Shown here piece after piece: positions 59,451-64,000 of a DNA stretch of 64,000 bases. This stretch comes from Leucoraja ocellata (lineage: Eukaryota). The notes below the pieces were generated by a model, which was not told the origin of the DNA, ran no database searches, and saw only the letters and a program-made list of their open reading frames with translations. The translations under genes and the position numbers were made by a program. The stretch lies in NCBI GenBank assembly GCA_036785375.1, contig JAWMAR010001700.1:62001-126000 (forward strand), read 5' to 3'. Numbering within the stretch: position 1 is the stretch's first letter; each line of letters begins with the position of its first letter.

Positions 59451-61605
59451 AAGGATGTGGCCCTAGAAATCGTGGATGCCAATTTGCAGACGACACAAAG
59501 CTGGGTGGCAGTGTGAACTGTGAGGGGGATGCTAGGAGGATGTAGGGTGACTTGGACAGGTTGGGTGAATGGAAAGATAGAAATATACAAACATAGAAAA
59601 TAGATGCAGGAGGAGGCCATTCGACCCTTCGAGCCAGCACCGCCATTCATTGAGATCATGGCTGATCGTCCCCTATCAATAACCCGTGCCTGCCTTCTCC
59701 CCATATCCCTTGAATCCACTAGCCCCTAGAGCTCTATCTAGCCCTCTCTTAAATCCATCCAGTGACTTGGACTCCACTGCCCACTGTGGCAGGAAATTCC
59801 ATAAATTCACAACTCTATGGGTGAAAACATTTTTTCTCACCTCTTAAATTACCTCCCCTTTATTCTAAGACTGTGGCCCCTGGTTCTGGACTCACCCAAC
59901 ATTAGGAACATTTTTCCTGCATCTAGCTTGTCTAGTCCTTTTACAATTTTATATGTTTCTATAACATATCCCCTCATCCTTCTAAACTCCAGTGAATACA
60001 AGCCTAGTCTTTTCAATCTTTCCTCATATGACAGTCCTGCCATCCCAGGGATCAATCTCGTGAACCTATGCTGCACTGCCTCAATCACAAGGATGTCCTT
60101 CCTCAAATTAACAGACCAAAACAGTACACAATACTCTAGATGTGGTCTCACCAGAGCCCAATACAACTGCAGAAGAACCTCTTTACTCCTATACTGAAAT
60201 CCTCTTGTTATGAAGACCAACATTCCATTAGCTTTCTTCACTGCCTGCTGTACCTGTAAGCCAACGTTCAGTGACCAGTGTACAAGGACGCCCAGGTCTC
60301 GCTGCACCTCCCCCTTACCTAACCTAACCCCATTGAGATAATAATCTGCCCCCTTGTATTTATGCCACCAAAGTGGATAACCTCACATTTATCTATATTA
60401 TTCTGCATCTGCCACGCATCTGCCCACTCACTCAACCTGTCCAGGTCACACATCAACCTCCTGACATCCTCTTCACAGTTCACACTGCCATCCAGCTTTG
60501 TATCATCCTCAAACTTGCTAGTGTTGCTCCTAATTCCCTCTTCCAAATCATTAATATATATAGTAAACAGTTGCGGCCCCAACACCGAGCCTTGCGGTAC
60601 TCCACTCGCCACTGCATGCCATTCTGAACAGGACCCGTTCACTCCTACTTGTTGCTTCCAGTCTGCCAACCAATTTTTTATCCATGTGAACACCCTACCC
60701 CCAATGCCATGTGCTCTAATTTTAGTCACCAATCTCCTGTGTGGGACCTTATCAAAGGCTTTCTGAACGTCTAGATACACTACATCCACAGGAACCCCTT
60801 CATCCATTTTACTTGACACATCCTCAAAAAATTGCAGATTAGTCCAGCAGGATTTCCCTTTCATAAATCCACATTGACTTGGACTAATCATTTTACTGCT
60901 ATCCAAATGCCCCATTATTACGTCTTTAATAATTGACTCCAGCATCTTTCCCACCACCGAAGTCAGGCTAACAAGTCAGTAATTCCCTGTTTTCTCTCTC
61001 TCGCTCCTTTCTTGAAAAGTGGGATAACTTTAGCTATCCTCCAATCCACTGGAACTGATGCATGGCAGATGCAGTTTAATGTGGATGAATGCGAGGTTAT
61101 CCACTTTGGTGGCAAAAATAGGAAGGCAGATTATTATCTAAATGGTGCCAAGTTGGGGAAAGGGGATGACAACAGGATCTGGGGGTCCTTGTTCATCAGT
61201 CACTGAAAGTAAGCATGCAGGTACAGCAGGCACTGAAGAAAGTGAATAGCATGTTGGCCTTCATAACAAGAGTGCTTGAGTAAAGGAGCAAAGAGGTTCT
61301 TCTGAAGTTCGGCAGTTGCACAGGGTGCTGGTGAGACCACACCTAGAGTATTGTATGCAGTTTTGTCCTCCAAATTTGAGGAGGACATTCTTGGTATTGA
61401 GGGAGAGTAGTGTAGGTTCACAAGGTTAATTCCTGAGATGGCGGGGCTGTCATATGTTGATAGAGTGGAGTGGCTAGGTTTGTATATTCTGAAATTTAGA
61501 AGGATGACAGGGTATCTTATTGCAACATATAAGATTATTAAGGGTTTGGACACGCTAGAGGCAGGAAACATGTTCCCGATGTTGGGGGGAGTCCAGAAAC
61601 AGGGG
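59451..61605 (-). mobile_element. CR1 LINEs (main copy about 59578..61027 minus; about 61038..61605 plus)
   Basis: YLDVQKAFDKV and [10 protein letters not shown] motifs. Confidence 0.9.
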
Positions 61606-62574
61606 CACCTCCAGTTTCAGGGACAGTTTTTTCCTGACTGTTATCAGCCAACTGAACCATCCACTCACTAACAAGAGAGCGGTCCTGACTTCGCAGCTAC
61701 CTCTTTGGAGACCCGAGGATTATCTTTAATTAGAAATCACTGGACTTTATCTTCCACTAAATGTTATTCTCTTTATCCTGTATCTGTACACTGCGGTCAG
61801 CTCACTTGTAATCATGTATCGTCTTTCCGCTGAATGGATAGTAAGCTAAAAAAAGCTTTTCACTGTTTCTCGGTACATGTGAAAATAATGAATGCAGACT
61901 AGTAATAAGTTGAGGGTTACAAATGCCTCAGATTTGGGACATTGCTTGTATGGAGACTTGGGCATAGAAATGGAGTTTAATCTGAGCAAGTGAGTGTGAT
62001 GGTGGAAGTTGGAACATGTTTTGCAGCAGCTGTGAACAGTTGGAAAAAGTTGTAGAGACTTGTACCTGCGGATGCTCATTTAGTAGAAAAAGGACACAAA
62101 GTGATGGAGTAACTCGGAGGCCCAGAGCACATCTTTGGTGAAAAAGGACAGGTGATGTTTTAGATTGGGACCCTTCAGACTTTAATTTAGACTTTAGAGA
62201 TATAATGTGGAAGCACAGAAATGTATAAGATCACAAGGGAATTACACATGGTGAATGCACACTCTTATACCCCCAGGTTAGGGGAATCAAGAATCAATGG
62301 ACTTAGGTTTGTGAGAGGGTGAAAAATGTAATAGGAACATGAGGGGCAACTTTTACCACAGGTGGTGGTCAGTATATGGAATGAGCAGCCAGAGGAGGTA
62401 GTTCAGTCAGGTACTATCACATTTAAAAGGCACGTTGACAGTACATTGATAGGGAAGGTTTGGAGGGATATGGGTCAAACGTGGACAGGTGGGACCAGTG
62501 TAGATGGAACATGTTGGTCGGTGTGGGCAAGTTGGGCCGTTTCTATGATGTATGACTGTGACCGTGTGGGACAG

Positions 62575-62879
62575 NNNNNNNNNNNNNNNNNNNNNNNNNN
62601 NNNNNNNNNNNNNNNNNNNNNNNNNNNNNNNNNNNNNNNNNNNNNNNNNNNNNNNNNNNNNNNNNNNNNNNNNNNNNNNNNNNNNNNNNNNNNNNNNNNN
62701 NNNNNNNNNNNNNNNNNNNNNNNNNNNNNNNNNNNNNNNNNNNNNNNNNNNNNNNNNNNNNNNNNNNNNNNNNNNNNNNNNNNNNNNNNNNNNNNNNNNN
62801 NNNNNNNNNNNNNNNNNNNNNNNNNNNNNNNNNNNNNNNNNNNNNNNNNNNNNNNNNNNNNNNNNNNNNNNNNNNNNNN
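62575..62879. other. Assembly gap (305 N) within CR1 debris
   Basis: Run of N. Confidence 1.
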
Positions 62880-63029
62880 TCAGTGTATTTTTATTGTGGG
62901 AACGCATTTCAGTTGCACAAGACGTTAGACGTTAATGAGGCCGAACTTGGAGTATTGTGTTCAGTTTTGGTCGCCCTGTTATTTGAAGGATGTTCTTATG
63001 CTGGAATCAGTGCAGAGGAGACTTATATG

Positions 63030-63570
63030 AATGTGTAAGAAGGAACTGCAGATACTGGTTAAAACCAAAGATAAACACAAAAAGCTGGAGTAACTCAGCG
63101 GGATGAGCAGCATCATTGGAGCGAGAGTATAGATCATGTTTCGGGTCGAGACCTTTCTTCAGACTGGTTAGGGATAAAGGAAGTTAGAGATATAGACGGT
63201 GATGAGGAGAGATAAAGAACAATGAATGAAATATATGGAAAAAAGATATGATGATATAGGAAACAGGCCATTGTAAGCTGTGTTTGTAGGGTGTAAATAA
63301 GAATCTCGTGCAACGTGTGTGGGATAGAGAGAGAGGGAATTCCAAGGTGACCTGAAGTAACAGAAATCAATATTCATACCACAGGCAAAATAGGAAATGC
63401 TGTTCGTCCAATTTGCATTTAGCCTCACTCTGACAATGGAGGAGACGAGGACAGAAAGGTCTGTGTTGGAATGGGAAGGAGAATTAAAATGTCCAGCAAT
63501 CGGTTCATGCGGGCTGAGCGATGCTGTTCCACAAAATGATCACCCAGTTTGCAATTGATCTCACTCAGTG
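63030..63570 (-). mobile_element. Penelope-like 3' fragment
   Basis: KLGDHFVEQ and LDEQH motifs plus the same terminal repeat as 12850-12955. Confidence 0.7.
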
Positions 63571-63779
63571 GCGGACTGGGTCTAAAAATATTGTTTGCCA
63601 GGAGACAAAGGGGGGGGGGGGGGGGGGGCACCCACAACTACAATGCTATCATTTAATGTTCGTAACGGATAAATAAACATTTCAGAAAATACATATGGAA
63701 AAAAGGGTACAATTAAAATTGTTGTGGAAAAAATGTGTATTTCTTAGTAATTACAATGTACATGTACTGTACATATCAT

Positions 63780-64000
63780 TGGCAGTAGATACCAAATGTA
63801 AATACAGAATGTTATAATTGATTTGTTTATTTAAAAATTTCTACTGCTGCACCACAGAGAGCATATTAACGTATGGCATCTCTGTGTGGTATTTCAGCTG
63901 CACGGATGCGGAGAGGAGAACTCTTCAGCGCGTCGTCCACAGAGCGCAGAGGATCATTGGGATACAGCTACCAGCCTTGGAGGGCATCTACCACACACGG
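63780..64000 (+). mobile_element. Rex1-type LINE fragment
   Basis: FYCCTTESILTYGISVWY...LQRVV motif. Confidence 0.7.

Overview
Repeat-rich vertebrate genomic DNA, most likely a cartilaginous fish such as a skate or ray (inferred from the CR1/Penelope/Rex1 repeat mix). The window holds a replication-dependent histone cluster in two opposed, partly decayed arms. Left arm: H2A remnant, H2B, H4 and an orphan H3 promoter. Right arm: H2B, H2A remnant, H3, H4 and H1. Between them lies a complete spliced, minus-strand AID/APOBEC-family cytidine deaminase gene that the ORF track only shows in pieces: join(29193..29200, 23631..24049, 22563..22678, 20544..20597), 198 aa. It aligns to AID without gaps but is strongly diverged (about 56% identity to human AID by hand alignment from memory, HAE zinc motif, rewritten specificity loop 7) and lacks the intron that separates human exons 2 and 3. 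Its first intron carries three truncated, diverged copies of the exon-2 5' end (loop 1 region) and a 38-bp palindromic mini-transposon. Upstream, across an assembly gap, is a 4.65-kb non-autonomous Helitron filled with minisatellites bearing octamer-like, E-box and ETS motifs. The rest is nested LINE (CR1, L1, L2, Tx1, Rex1, Vingi-like), Penelope and Gypsy debris. Transposon boundaries are approximate unless termini are quoted.
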